UHGV virus genome: UHGV-0055450
Length of the DNA: 34,955 nucleotides
Source of the DNA: a virus
Strand: one strand, 5' to 3'
Shown: piece after piece, positions 8,030-16,318 of the stretch
How positions within the stretch are numbered: the stretch's first letter is position 1
Layout: each line of letters opens with the position of its first letter
The notes under the pieces: generated by a model
What the model was told of the DNA's origin: nothing
The model's input: only the letters and a program-made list of their open reading frames with translations
Databases searched by the model: none
Position numbers and translations under genes: made by a program

Positions 8030-8811
8030 ACAACGTTTTTACCGCGATACAAAACCGTGACGGAGAAGCCCTTTCTCGCATGTCAGGTTATGAGCATCAG
8101 TACGTCAACAATGACAATGTGGTGAACATGTCAGCAGAGAGGCTTGTTGATGCCCTTTTCAAACAGCTGAAACAGCTGTTTCCGGCGGCAGTGGTAACCA
8201 ACCTGAAGACGCCAGAGCAGGAAGTTGCTGCAAAACAGCAGTGGATTGCTGCGTTTGCCGAAGGTGGGATCCGAACCCGTGAACAGGTTTCTGCTGGTAT
8301 GCGCCACGCCCGCGCCAGTGAATCTCCGTTCTGGCCGTCGCCAGGGCAATTTATCAAGTGGTGTAAAGACAGCAAGATGGTTCTTGGCGTCACCATTGAC
8401 GATGTGATGGCGGAGTTTCACCGGTACAGCAAGGAAAAAAGTTTATATCCTGGTGGTCCCGAAAGATTCCCGTGGCGACATCCGGTTATGTACTGGGTCG
8501 TATGTGATACCCGCCGTGCAATGTATCAGCGCCAGCTTAGCGAGATTGAGGTTGAGAAACACGCGCGCAGGCTGCTCGATGATTGGGCGAAAAAGGTGGC
8601 TTCCGGACAGCAGATACCCGATCCGGTGATCAGCATACAGGCAAAGCCAGAGCCCATGAGTACACCTCCGGACACAGGGAGAGACGTTTACCATCCACCA
8701 GGGCGAAGTTTCGGGTGCATGCCTAACGCCGCCACCCTTGGGGGAATAACACCGGCGCAGTGGCTGATGGAGGAATACAGGCGGGGAAAGGCGGCAGGAT
8801 TTATCAAGTAA
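8026..8811 (+). CDS. Replication protein P-like (helicase loader)
   Basis: Segment LFPAAVVTNLKTPEQEVAAKQQWIAAFAEGGIRTREQVSAGMRHARASESPFWPSPGQFIKWCKDS aligns with lambda P (FPASLANRDQNEVNEIRRQWVLAFRENGITTMEQVNAGMRVARRQNRPFLPSPGQFVAWCREE). The GTG at 8026 overlaps the O stop. Confidence 0.8.
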   Translation: MNNVFTAIQNRDGEALSRMSGYEHQYVNNDNVVNMSAERLVDALFKQLKQLFPAAVVTNLKTPEQEVAAKQQWIAAFAEGGIRTREQVSAGMRHARASESPFWPSPGQFIKWCKDSKMVLGVTIDDVMAEFHRYSKEKSLYPGGPERFPWRHPVMYWVVCDTRRAMYQRQLSEIEVEKHARRLLDDWAKKVASGQQIPDPVISIQAKPEPMSTPPDTGRDVYHPPGRSFGCMPNAATLGGITPAQWLMEEYRRGKAAGFIK

Positions 8812-8848
8812 TACCAGCGCGATAGCGCATTTTTTTACGCCTCAATAA

Positions 8849-8925
8849 TTACCTATAAGGTAACAAAATATTCTAAACTCTATTGATTTCGTGTCTTATG
8901 TGGTTTTTAATTACCTTAGAGGTAA
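8849..8925. promoter_or_regulatory. Two operator palindromes between the P-like and DUF1064 genes
   Basis: Perfect TTACCtataaGGTAA (8849-8863) and TTACCttagaGGTAA (8911-8925); the second ends 3 nt before the DUF1064 start codon. Confidence 0.5.
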
Positions 8926-8928
8926 ATC

Positions 8929-9276
8929 ATGAGAAAACAGATACAGGCTCTTGGTCGACTCAAAACAGGCCAGATGAACAAAACAGAATCTGCGTATTGC
9001 CAGCACCTTGAGCAGCGTAAACGTGCAGGGGAAATCGCCTGGTATCGATTCGAGGGTATCAAGCTGCGGTTAGCTGACAACACGTTCTATACGCCCGATT
9101 TCGCTGTGATGCTCGCCACCGGAGAGATGGAACTGCACGAAGTGAAAGGGGGATTCTGGACCGACGACGCCAGGGTGAAAACCAAAGTAGCCGCAGATCA
9201 GTATCCGTTCCGAATCATCGGGGTAACGGTTAAACCAAAGAAAGCAGGTGGCGGCTGGAACATCGAAGAGTTCTGA
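8929..9276 (+). CDS. DUF1064-type phage protein (possible nuclease fold)
   Basis: 115 aa; ESAYCQHLEQRKRAGEIAWYRFEGIKLRL...YTPDFAV...HEVKGG resembles the DUF1064 family common next to phage replication genes. Confidence 0.55.
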   Translation: MRKQIQALGRLKTGQMNKTESAYCQHLEQRKRAGEIAWYRFEGIKLRLADNTFYTPDFAVMLATGEMELHEVKGGFWTDDARVKTKVAADQYPFRIIGVTVKPKKAGGGWNIEEF

Positions 9277-9337
9277 ATCGACGATCTTTTTAGTTATCAA
9301 TGTAATCAATAAGTTATGTGGATAAGCGAGGGTAAAG

Positions 9338-9916
9338 ATGGAAAGTAATATCAAAGGGTTAGTTGCCGCCGGGCATGAGATGGCTTCGGAACTGAAAGCA
9401 GAATGTGGTGCCGTTGATATGCGCAGTGTGGCAAAGCTGATCAGCGATTTGGCAACGCAACTGGAAGTGCAACTGGTGCGTGCTAATGCGCTGTCCGAAG
9501 ACCACCAGAAAGCGATTGAGTCAATTAAGCAGGCTGATGCGGCTGTTAAGTTGGCACACGAGAAGTTTTCGGCGCTGGCGGCGGAGAATGCGGCAATGCA
9601 TGAAACTATTGAAGCCGTTCGCAGTGTTGCGGATAACTCCAGTGGAATTGCCGGATGGCATTTGAATGGCGATATCGCCACATGGGAAGAGATTCTTCCT
9701 GAAATTAACGATATCGAAACGCCAGCTACCGACGCTTTCCTGGCGGAAGTGCGGGCCAGCGAACTTGATAGCCTGGCTGGCATGGCTGAAACAATGTTGG
9801 TCAAGTTCTCCAATCAGCAGTGTTCATCTGATATGCATGGCGTTGTTGGTTGGAAGATGGTTCTCCAGCAGGCCAGCAATCGCGCCGACCAACTTCGCAA
9901 AGGAGGCAGCCAGTGA
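9338..9916 (+). CDS. Hypothetical protein (192 aa), possibly Ea22-like
   Basis: Alanine-rich coiled-coil-like ORF; ATG preceded by GAGGG; weak resemblance to the following Ea22-like protein. Confidence 0.5.
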   Translation: MESNIKGLVAAGHEMASELKAECGAVDMRSVAKLISDLATQLEVQLVRANALSEDHQKAIESIKQADAAVKLAHEKFSALAAENAAMHETIEAVRSVADNSSGIAGWHLNGDIATWEEILPEINDIETPATDAFLAEVRASELDSLAGMAETMLVKFSNQQCSSDMHGVVGWKMVLQQASNRADQLRKGGSQ

Positions 9917-10557
9917 ATAACCGCTTTTACATGATGTGCTTGCGTGAAACTGTGGGTAATAACGCTTCATTCCATTGCCATAACGGCAATGGTTACAGTT
10001 CTAATATCGATCGCGCTCATGTTTACACGCTGGAAGAAGCCCAAAAAGCCTGGAATTGTGGTCGAGATATCGATCAGCCTGTTTGCGCTGATAGCGTGGA
10101 TGCAATGGCTGTGTGGCACGTTGATTGCCAGTACATCCCTACAGAAAACCTGATTGAGCCAGATTGCACTGCGTATGTGGCCTACAAAAAAGGTAGCTGG
10201 AACGGCAACGATGTTTACTGGCTTCAACACGGTGGATTGCCAACAGATGACTTCAGTAAAGCGACCATCTTTAGCGTCGCCAACAAAAACGAACCAGGAA
10301 TAGTTTGGTTGCCATTTTCCATTGCTGATGCAGCAAAGCGCCGGACGTTCAATATCAATAACTTTAACCGCAGAACAATGGTTCAGGGCGCAGGTTTGGT
10401 CATGCCTGACTGGTTGAAAAAGCAGAACAGAAGAAAGAAGTCGCGAAGCGGGAAGATGCGTTGGAATTGTCCGCATTGCGGAAAAATTACCTGGCAGTAC
10501 AGCCCATATGATTTTGAAGGATGTCGTGATTACAACTGTGAAGGATGGCGAGTATGA
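9914..10557 (+). CDS. Hypothetical protein with C-terminal zinc-ribbon-like motif
   Basis: GTG start overlapping the upstream stop; C-terminus NCPHCGKITWQYSPYDFEGCRDYNCEGW (C-x2-C ... C-x4-C). The track ORF starts at 9850. Confidence 0.5.
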
Positions 10558-11294
10558 AAATTGACTATCAGGCACTGCGTGAAAAGGCAGAAAAAGCAAC
10601 GTGTGGTGAGTGGTCGCTCGAATATGGAGAGGAGAGATTTGATGCTGATGATGCGCTAATTCATCGTGAAGTTGCTGGATATATTCCCATTTGCAGAATT
10701 GAAGGAGCGCATCCTGAAAGCGGTTTCGATGAAGATTTCCAAATAGAACAGCAGGCCAATGCTGAATTCATCGCCGCAGCCAATCCAGCTACCGTGCTGG
10801 CGCTGCTGGATGAACGGGAAAGAAACCAGCAATACATCAAACGCCGCGACCAGGAGAACGAAGATATTGCGCTAACGGTAGGGAAGCTGCGCGTTGAGCT
10901 TGAAGCAGAAAAACAGCGGGCAAAGGTTCTATTTATGGAAAATGCTCGGCTTAAGTCAGGCATAGCCGGTCTGATACACCTCGGTATTCGATATGCAGAT
11001 GTTGAGGTCATGAAAATTGCTGGAGATGCCCAGCTTTCTACACCATGCACTGACAGCATCATAAGCAGCATTGCAACAGGCTTCGCATCAAAGGAGAGTG
11101 AGATGAACGGACAAATATCAATTGTTCGACCGGGAGCATGTGACGATAGCGAGATACGAATGATTATTCGTCTGGCGATGGGGAAAACAATAACCGCTCT
11201 CATTACTCCAGAAAATCTCGCATTAGCATTAACAGGAAAGTCAGACCTGCCAGTAGAGCTAAAGCTGCGAAATGTTGAGATTAAGGTGAAATAG
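10554..11294 (+). CDS. Ea22-like protein
   Basis: N-terminal IDYQALREKAEKATCGEWS ... ANAEFIAAANPATVLALLDERERNQQYI matches the conserved Ea22 motif region; ATG overlaps the upstream stop (ATGA). Confidence 0.55.
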   Translation: MKIDYQALREKAEKATCGEWSLEYGEERFDADDALIHREVAGYIPICRIEGAHPESGFDEDFQIEQQANAEFIAAANPATVLALLDERERNQQYIKRRDQENEDIALTVGKLRVELEAEKQRAKVLFMENARLKSGIAGLIHLGIRYADVEVMKIAGDAQLSTPCTDSIISSIATGFASKESEMNGQISIVRPGACDDSEIRMIIRLAMGKTITALITPENLALALTGKSDLPVELKLRNVEIKVK

Positions 11295-11296
11295 CT

Positions 11297-11857
11297 ATGA
11301 CCACTATTACCAAAGATCGACTGCTGACAATCAAGCAGTGGCGCGAAACATACGGACCTGGTAGCAACGTTGTACTGCCAGCAGAAGAAGCGGAAGAACT
11401 GGCACGAATTGCACTGGCATCGCTGGAAGCAGAGCCTGTAAGCCAAGCTTACAACTTGCCAGAATTAATCGAAGGCATGGAAGTTTCCATTGATGTAAGC
11501 ACTTGTGATGCTGATTTAGGTAATCGCTATTTCGGCACCGTTACCGAGGCGTTAGAACTTGATACAGCCAAGAATGGTTACATCCTCCTGGTTCAGGACG
11601 CAGAGCCAAACTTCGATGTAAATGGCAACTCTCCGGTAACTCCGGATGGTTGGATAAGCTGTAGTGAGCGAATGCCGAATACCAAAACAGCCGTTCTTGT
11701 TGCCGTGGAGTTTGACAGGAAAGGTGACTGGCGAATGAAATGGGCTACTTACATCCCGGGGCATCCTGACGCTAATGATGGGTGGATAATTCCTGGTGCG
11801 TCGTGGAAACCGTCACACTGGATGCCGCTACCGGAACCGCCGCAGGAGGTGAAATGA
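11297..11857 (+). CDS. DUF551-domain protein
   Basis: C-terminal WISCSERMP...VLVAVEF...W...WKPSHWMPLPEPP is the DUF551 signature seen in lambdoid prophages. Confidence 0.6.
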   Translation: MTTITKDRLLTIKQWRETYGPGSNVVLPAEEAEELARIALASLEAEPVSQAYNLPELIEGMEVSIDVSTCDADLGNRYFGTVTEALELDTAKNGYILLVQDAEPNFDVNGNSPVTPDGWISCSERMPNTKTAVLVAVEFDRKGDWRMKWATYIPGHPDANDGWIIPGASWKPSHWMPLPEPPQEVK

Positions 11858-12141
11858 TGGACTCCTTCGCTAAATATACGATTATTGACTGGATAGCATT
11901 CCTTCAGGTTTTGCTCATCTGGTTTTATATGGCTTACAGGAGTGGACAGTGGATTGTCAGTGTAGCCTGTAGCAAGGGATGGCGTTGGTGGAACCGAAAG
12001 AATAAAAAAGCACTGGCATTGGATTCGTTTTACGAAGCATTCAATCTTAACAGCCTTCAGCCTGGTTCTGTCGTTGTTGTCACCACTCAAAGCGGCATGA
12101 CGATACAAATTCACAAGCCAAAGGAGGAAGGTCGTGGCTAA
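11857..12141 (+). CDS. Hypothetical small hydrophobic protein (94 aa)
   Basis: ATG at 11857 with strong AGGAGGT 7 nt upstream; hydrophobic stretch IIDWIAFLQVLLIWFYMAY suggests a membrane helix. The track ORF starts at 11782. Confidence 0.45.
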   Translation: MDSFAKYTIIDWIAFLQVLLIWFYMAYRSGQWIVSVACSKGWRWWNRKNKKALALDSFYEAFNLNSLQPGSVVVVTTQSGMTIQIHKPKEEGRG

Positions 12142-12415
12142 CCTGCAACTAGCTGTCAAAGGTGAATACTTCGATGCCATGATTCGCGGAGAGAAAACGG
12201 AAGAGTATCGCCTGTGTAATGACTACTGGAATAAGCGAATTATGTTCCGGGAATATGACCGCCTGATTATCACAAAGGGATATCCGAAGCGTGACGATTC
12301 CAGCCGCAGAATTGACGTTCCGTATGGCGGCTATGAAATCAAGACAATCACACATCCGCACTTCGGCGATAAACCGGTAAAGGTGTTCGCGATAAAGGTA
12401 AATATTGATGGCTAA
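12134..12415 (+). CDS. ASCH-like domain protein
   Basis: GTG start with AAGGAGG upstream; VKGEYFDAMIRGEKTEEYR resembles the ASCH G-x-K-x2-E-x-R core. Confidence 0.5.
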   Translation: MANLQLAVKGEYFDAMIRGEKTEEYRLCNDYWNKRIMFREYDRLIITKGYPKRDDSSRRIDVPYGGYEIKTITHPHFGDKPVKVFAIKVNIDG

Positions 12416-12746
12416 ATCAGCAGCAGAGCGCAAAGCCGCTCAGAGAGCCAGACAAGCTGCATCTGGTGTGCGTAAGCTGGAGATTGTGCTTGATGCTCAG
12501 GAAATTGAAATGCTTGAGCGTAACTGTGCCGCGCGTCGCCCCGGGCGTGCGCCTTACGAATTTGGTGAGTATATAGCGTTACTGATCCGCCAGGATGATG
12601 CACGCGTGCGCGGGCGTATAAAATCGATCAGCAGAAAACGTTGCGGTAAGTGCGGCGAGAGAGTTCCAGTTAATTCATGCCCGTGTAATGGTGACTCGCA
12701 ATGCTGGGTGACTAAAGGCTGGCATGAAACGAAATTAATAGTGTGA
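12408..12746 (+). CDS. Hypothetical protein with Cys-rich C-terminus
   Basis: MAKSAAERKAAQRARQAASGV... with C-terminal CGKCGERVPVNSCPCNGDSQC; AAGGT upstream of the ATG at 12408. Confidence 0.45.
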   Translation: MAKSAAERKAAQRARQAASGVRKLEIVLDAQEIEMLERNCAARRPGRAPYEFGEYIALLIRQDDARVRGRIKSISRKRCGKCGERVPVNSCPCNGDSQCWVTKGWHETKLIV

Positions 12747-12795
12747 CATGTCACGAGTAGATTATGCATGATGAATTTGATGTGTTTTGAATACT

Positions 12796-12821
12796 GCCGC
12801 CAACTATGGCGGCTTTATTTT
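12796..12821 (+). terminator. Rho-independent terminator
   Basis: GCCGCC-(AACTAT)-GGCGGC followed by TTTATTTT. Confidence 0.65.
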
Positions 12822-12832
12822 GCATGGTACTA

Positions 12833-12847
12833 TTACCACAACGGTAA
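12833..12847. promoter_or_regulatory. Operator palindrome upstream of the small terminase gene
   Basis: Perfect TTACCacaacGGTAA; a second partial copy TTACCacggtGGTtA (12851-12865) abuts the start codon. Confidence 0.5.
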
Positions 12848-12864
12848 CTATTACCACGGTGGTT

Positions 12865-13461
12865 ATGATGCTTGCTGAACCTAAAACCTATAAACGCAAA
12901 TCAACGCAATTTAAGCCACTAACAGCAATGCAGGAGGCTTATTGCCAGTCATACATCAAAACGCCTGAAAACCAGACTCAGGCAGCGATTAACGCAGGAT
13001 TCTCCCCAAATACAGCGGCAGTTAAAGCCAGTGTCATGATGCGCGATGAACGCATTCAGAAACGGATTGCCGAGTTGATGGAGGAGCGCAACAAACGAAT
13101 GCGCGTCAGTGCTGATTACGTTCTCATGCGCCTGGTGGAGATCGACCAGATGGACGTGATCGACATCCTCAACGACGATGGGAGCCTTAAACCAATCCGT
13201 GAGTGGCCGAAAATCTGGCGCACTACGCTTAGTGGCTTTGATCTGTCATCGACCATCATGAACATGAACGAGGATTCGATAGAGACAATCCTCAAAAAAA
13301 TTAAATGGCCTGACAAGGTGAAGAACCTTGAGCTGATTGGTAAGCATGTTGATGTCAACGCGTTCAAAGAACGTCTGGATGTTAATGTGAATGTGACAAT
13401 TGCTGATCGCATAGCAGCAGCCAGGAAGCGACTCAAAGAACGTCAGGATGGTAATCAGTGA
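12865..13461 (+). CDS. Terminase small subunit
   Basis: LTAMQEAYCQSYIKTPENQTQAAINAGFSPNTAAVKASVMMRDERIQKRI fits small-terminase HTH families; directly upstream of and overlapping the large terminase. The track ORF start at 12787 would include the terminator and operator, so the ATG at 12865 is preferred. Confidence 0.65.
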   Translation: MMLAEPKTYKRKSTQFKPLTAMQEAYCQSYIKTPENQTQAAINAGFSPNTAAVKASVMMRDERIQKRIAELMEERNKRMRVSADYVLMRLVEIDQMDVIDILNDDGSLKPIREWPKIWRTTLSGFDLSSTIMNMNEDSIETILKKIKWPDKVKNLELIGKHVDVNAFKERLDVNVNVTIADRIAAARKRLKERQDGNQ

Positions 13462-14933
13462 CAGATACAGCATTATCTCCTGAAGAGCAGTTGATCGAGG
13501 ATATTGCAGGGTTCACTCACGATCCGCTTGGCTATGCCCTCTATGCGTTCCCGTGGGGGGAAGAGGGGACTGAACTGGCACATGCCACCGGCCCACGTCA
13601 GTGGCAGGCAGATGCGTTCCGAGAGATACGTGATCACCTGCAGAATCCAGAGACGCGCTATCAGCCGCTTATGCTGGCGCGTGCTTCGGGTCACGGTATT
13701 GGTAAATCCGCATTCATCTCAATGCTGATCAACTGGGGCATGTCCACTTGCGAGGATTGTAAGGTCGTGGTGACCGCCAACACCGACAACCAGCTACGAA
13801 CGAAGACCTGGCCGGAAATTATCAAGTGGTCGAACCTTGCTATCACGAAAGACTGGTTTACCTGTACCGCTACCGCGATGTACAGCAATGACCCTGGGCA
13901 CGACAAGCGGTGGCGAGCTGACGCAATCCCCTGGTCTGAGCACAACACTGAGGCATTCGCCGGACTACACAACGAGCGCAAACGCATCATCGTGGTATTC
14001 GATGAAGCGTCGAACATTGCGGATCTGGTGTGGGAAGTTGCCGAGGGTGCGCTAACGGACGAAGACACTGAGATTATCTGGGTGGCGTTCGGAAACCCGA
14101 CGCGTAATACCGGACGTTTCCGCGAATGTTTCCGCAAATATAAACACCGCTGGAAAACTGCGCAGATTGACAGCCGGACGGTGGAAGGCACCAACAAACA
14201 GCAGTTGCAGAAATGGGTTGATGACTACGGGGAAGACAGCGACTTCGTTAAAATCCGTGTGCGCGGCATATTCCCGGATGCATCTGAATTGCAGTTTATC
14301 CCTACCGGACTTACTGACGAGGCAATGAAACGGGTGGTCACCGCTGCGCAGGTTGCACATGCTCCGGTGATAATCGGCGTTGACCCGGCATACTCAGGCG
14401 TTGATGACGCTGTGATATACCTGCGGCAGGGGCTGCACAGTAAGGTGCTGTGGACTGGCAACAAGACCACTGACGATCTGATTATGGCGAAGCGTATCGC
14501 TGACTTTGAAGACCAGTACCAGGCTGACGCAGTGTTCATCGACTTCGGTTACGGAACTGGTCTGAAGTCAATCGGTGACGGCTGGGGTCGTACATGGCAA
14601 CTTGTTCCGTTCGGTGGCGCGTCTACTGACCCGCAGATGCTCAACAAGCGTGGGGAGATGTTCAACTCATGTAAGACATGGCTGAGGCTGGGCGGCATGC
14701 TGGATGACCAGGAAACTGCAGACGACCTGTCGGCGGCAGAGTACAAAGTTCGAGTGGACGGTAAAATCGTTATCGAACCGAAGGAAGATATCAAAGAGCG
14801 ACTTGGGCGTTCGCCGGGTAAAGGCGATGCGCTGCTGCTGACGTTTGCTTTCCCGGTGTCGAAGCGCCTGCGACTTCCCTGGCAGCAGAACCAGCAAGGC
14901 AAGGCCATCACAGATTATGACCCGTATGCTTAA
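13458..14933 (+). CDS. Terminase large subunit
   Basis: Walker A GHGIGKS, Walker B IIVVFDEAS, nuclease-domain motif GVDPAYSGVDD; 491 aa; GTG start overlaps the small-subunit stop. Confidence 0.9.
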   Translation: MTDTALSPEEQLIEDIAGFTHDPLGYALYAFPWGEEGTELAHATGPRQWQADAFREIRDHLQNPETRYQPLMLARASGHGIGKSAFISMLINWGMSTCEDCKVVVTANTDNQLRTKTWPEIIKWSNLAITKDWFTCTATAMYSNDPGHDKRWRADAIPWSEHNTEAFAGLHNERKRIIVVFDEASNIADLVWEVAEGALTDEDTEIIWVAFGNPTRNTGRFRECFRKYKHRWKTAQIDSRTVEGTNKQQLQKWVDDYGEDSDFVKIRVRGIFPDASELQFIPTGLTDEAMKRVVTAAQVAHAPVIIGVDPAYSGVDDAVIYLRQGLHSKVLWTGNKTTDDLIMAKRIADFEDQYQADAVFIDFGYGTGLKSIGDGWGRTWQLVPFGGASTDPQMLNKRGEMFNSCKTWLRLGGMLDDQETADDLSAAEYKVRVDGKIVIEPKEDIKERLGRSPGKGDALLLTFAFPVSKRLRLPWQQNQQGKAITDYDPYA

Positions 14934-14984
14934 TCCGCTGGTGGGGATAATGTCGTTGATATCCTCTGATGAGGATAAAACAAA

Positions 14985-15010
14985 GCCAGCTCATCGGCTG
15001 GCTGTTTGTG
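14985..15010 (+). terminator. Terminator hairpin between convergent genes (large terminase and Gp49-like)
   Basis: GCCAGC-(TCATCG)-GCTGGC followed by TGTTTGTG, with an A-rich stretch upstream, so possibly bidirectional. Confidence 0.5.
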
Positions 15011-15023
15011 ACATGTCAATGTG

Positions 15024-15260
15024 TTATTGCTCGCTTAACTTCTGCTTCAGCAAGTAACCTTCAAGCATCCAGATTTTGTTTACAGCATTCTGCCGGGCAA
15101 TCTTCCGACCAATTTCTGCATCAAAATTTTCCGGACTTGCACAGGCACTCTCTCCGGTGACAGTGAAGCCATTCTTCAGCACCAGTACGCAGAATGTCAG
15201 CAGCTCCAGCTCGTCAGGCTGGTCTGGGATTTTTACGCTGTATGTTTCGCTTCTCTGCAC
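15024..15260 (-). CDS. Gp49-like phage protein (N4 gp49 / Sf6 gene 66 type), N-terminal region interrupted
   Basis: LLTFCVLVLKNGFTVTGESACASPENFDAEIGRKIARQNAVNKIW resembles this family from memory. The frame stays open upstream to 15380, but an in-frame TAA at 15381-15383 separates it from a well-placed ATG at 15395. Confidence 0.5.
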   Translation of the reverse strand: MQRSETYSVKIPDQPDELELLTFCVLVLKNGFTVTGESACASPENFDAEIGRKIARQNAVNKIWMLEGYLLKQKLSEQ

Positions 15261-15405
15261 ATGAGCAAAGCGAGCACCATCAGCGGCCGTAAAGTAATGT
15301 TCGCTGGCGATTATGCTGGCAATGTGTTCAGGAGTAACGCGAGCCGCCGTCTTACCCTTGGCTGCGATTTCTTTTTCGATTTACTGGTCGTTCATAATCT
15401 CACCT

Positions 15406-15430
15406 TAAAAAAATGCCCGGCGAACCGGGC
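15406..15430 (-). terminator. Rho-independent terminator downstream of the tRNA
   Basis: Minus strand reads GCCCGG-TTCG-CCGGGC followed by TTTTTTT. Confidence 0.6.
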
Positions 15431-15593
15431 GAACTGGAAGCAATGAGTTATGCCTTCCGTGGCTGTACTGGTTTACAGCATGAAGTCATCGCAATGGCGT
15501 CCTGCTGTAAAAAGGGCGGTGATAGTCCTTCAAGGGAAACCATCACCGCCAAGCCCCTGGAACTTCTGGCATCACGGTCCTTAGGCGTGATTC

Positions 15594-15670
15594 TGGCGTG
15601 GCATGCAGGATTCGAACCTGCGACCAACCGCTTAGAAGGCGGTTGCTCTGTCCAACTGAGCTAATGCCAC
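15594..15670 (-). tRNA. tRNA-Arg (anticodon UCU), phage-borne variant
   Basis: Reverse complement GTGGCAT-TA-GCTC-AGTTGGACA-GAGC-A-ACCGC-CTTCTAA-GCGGT-TGGTC-GCAGG-TTCGAAT-CCTGC-ATGCCAC-G-CCA folds as a cloverleaf with a 7-bp acceptor stem, TCT anticodon and encoded CCA. Body resembles argU; stems differ. Confidence 0.85.
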
Positions 15671-15992
15671 AACGCTGAGAGCACTTAGCCTGTTAAGGCG
15701 CCACACTTTGTCGCGGCTCCATAAATGCTCTCATCGTTGTACCCTCGTCTCTTCCGAGGCGTCACACCGAATCGCCGGGATGGTGAATCCCCGTGCGCGG
15801 AATAAAACCGCTCGACTTGCACATTCCGGCTACCTGGTTCGTTTGCCCGAGCAAGGGAGGGTGCCCCTTAAACGTATCCAGACCGCTATCGGCGCATGTG
15901 CCATACGCCGTACTGCTCAAAATAAAAGCTCACTCCACCTGTTCAATTTAACGACAAGCCAGTCAGGTTAGTAACCGGAATGAACTCTTTGG

Positions 15993-16007
15993 TTACCTGA
16001 AAGGTAA
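15993..16007. promoter_or_regulatory. Operator palindrome upstream of the virion gene cluster
   Basis: Perfect TTACCtgaaaGGTAAtaattt; the right half overlaps a TAATAA -10-like hexamer. Confidence 0.5.
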
Positions 16008-16097
16008 TAATTTGTGCGTTAAATGTCAACTATCTACGATAAATAAATCATATGTGGTTAAATTGGTAATAATTTAATTGCGTACGGAGTCATTGAT

Positions 16098-16304
16098 ATG
16101 TGCATGGGTAGCTCACCATCAGTGCCTGCAACACCAGAAGTTCAGGCAGCACCACAGGAGCAGGATGCCGCCGTTGTTGATGCCCGCGACGAAGAAACTC
16201 GTCGCCGTCGCGCTGCTGCTGGTCGTAGTTCTACGCTGCTTACCGGTTCTCAGGGTGACACATCAACCGCTAATACCAGCGGTAAAACGCTGCTTGGTCA
16301 GTAA
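16098..16304 (+). CDS. Hypothetical small protein (68 aa)
   Basis: ATG with GGAG upstream; low-complexity Ala/Arg-rich sequence; just upstream of the portal gene. Confidence 0.35.
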   Translation: MCMGSSPSVPATPEVQAAPQEQDAAVVDARDEETRRRRAAAGRSSTLLTGSQGDTSTANTSGKTLLGQ

Positions 16305-16318
16305 CCGGAGTCATTGAA

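Noticed and set aside
12787-12864. N-terminal extension of the small terminase ORF as given in the ORF track
   Set aside because: The extension would run through an intrinsic terminator and a perfect operator palindrome and encodes a low-complexity Thr/Ile/Val peptide; the ATG at 12865 is preferred.
15413-15664. 83-aa plus-strand ORF
   Set aside because: It overlaps the tRNA-Arg gene and its terminator on the opposite strand and has no RBS; taken as a chance open frame in GC-rich non-coding DNA.
15671-15992. Second tRNA gene next to tRNA-Arg
   Set aside because: No segment has both a 7-bp acceptor stem and a GTTCRANYC-type T-loop; the closest hairpin (GGGA-TGGTGAA-TCCC) lacks the T-loop consensus.
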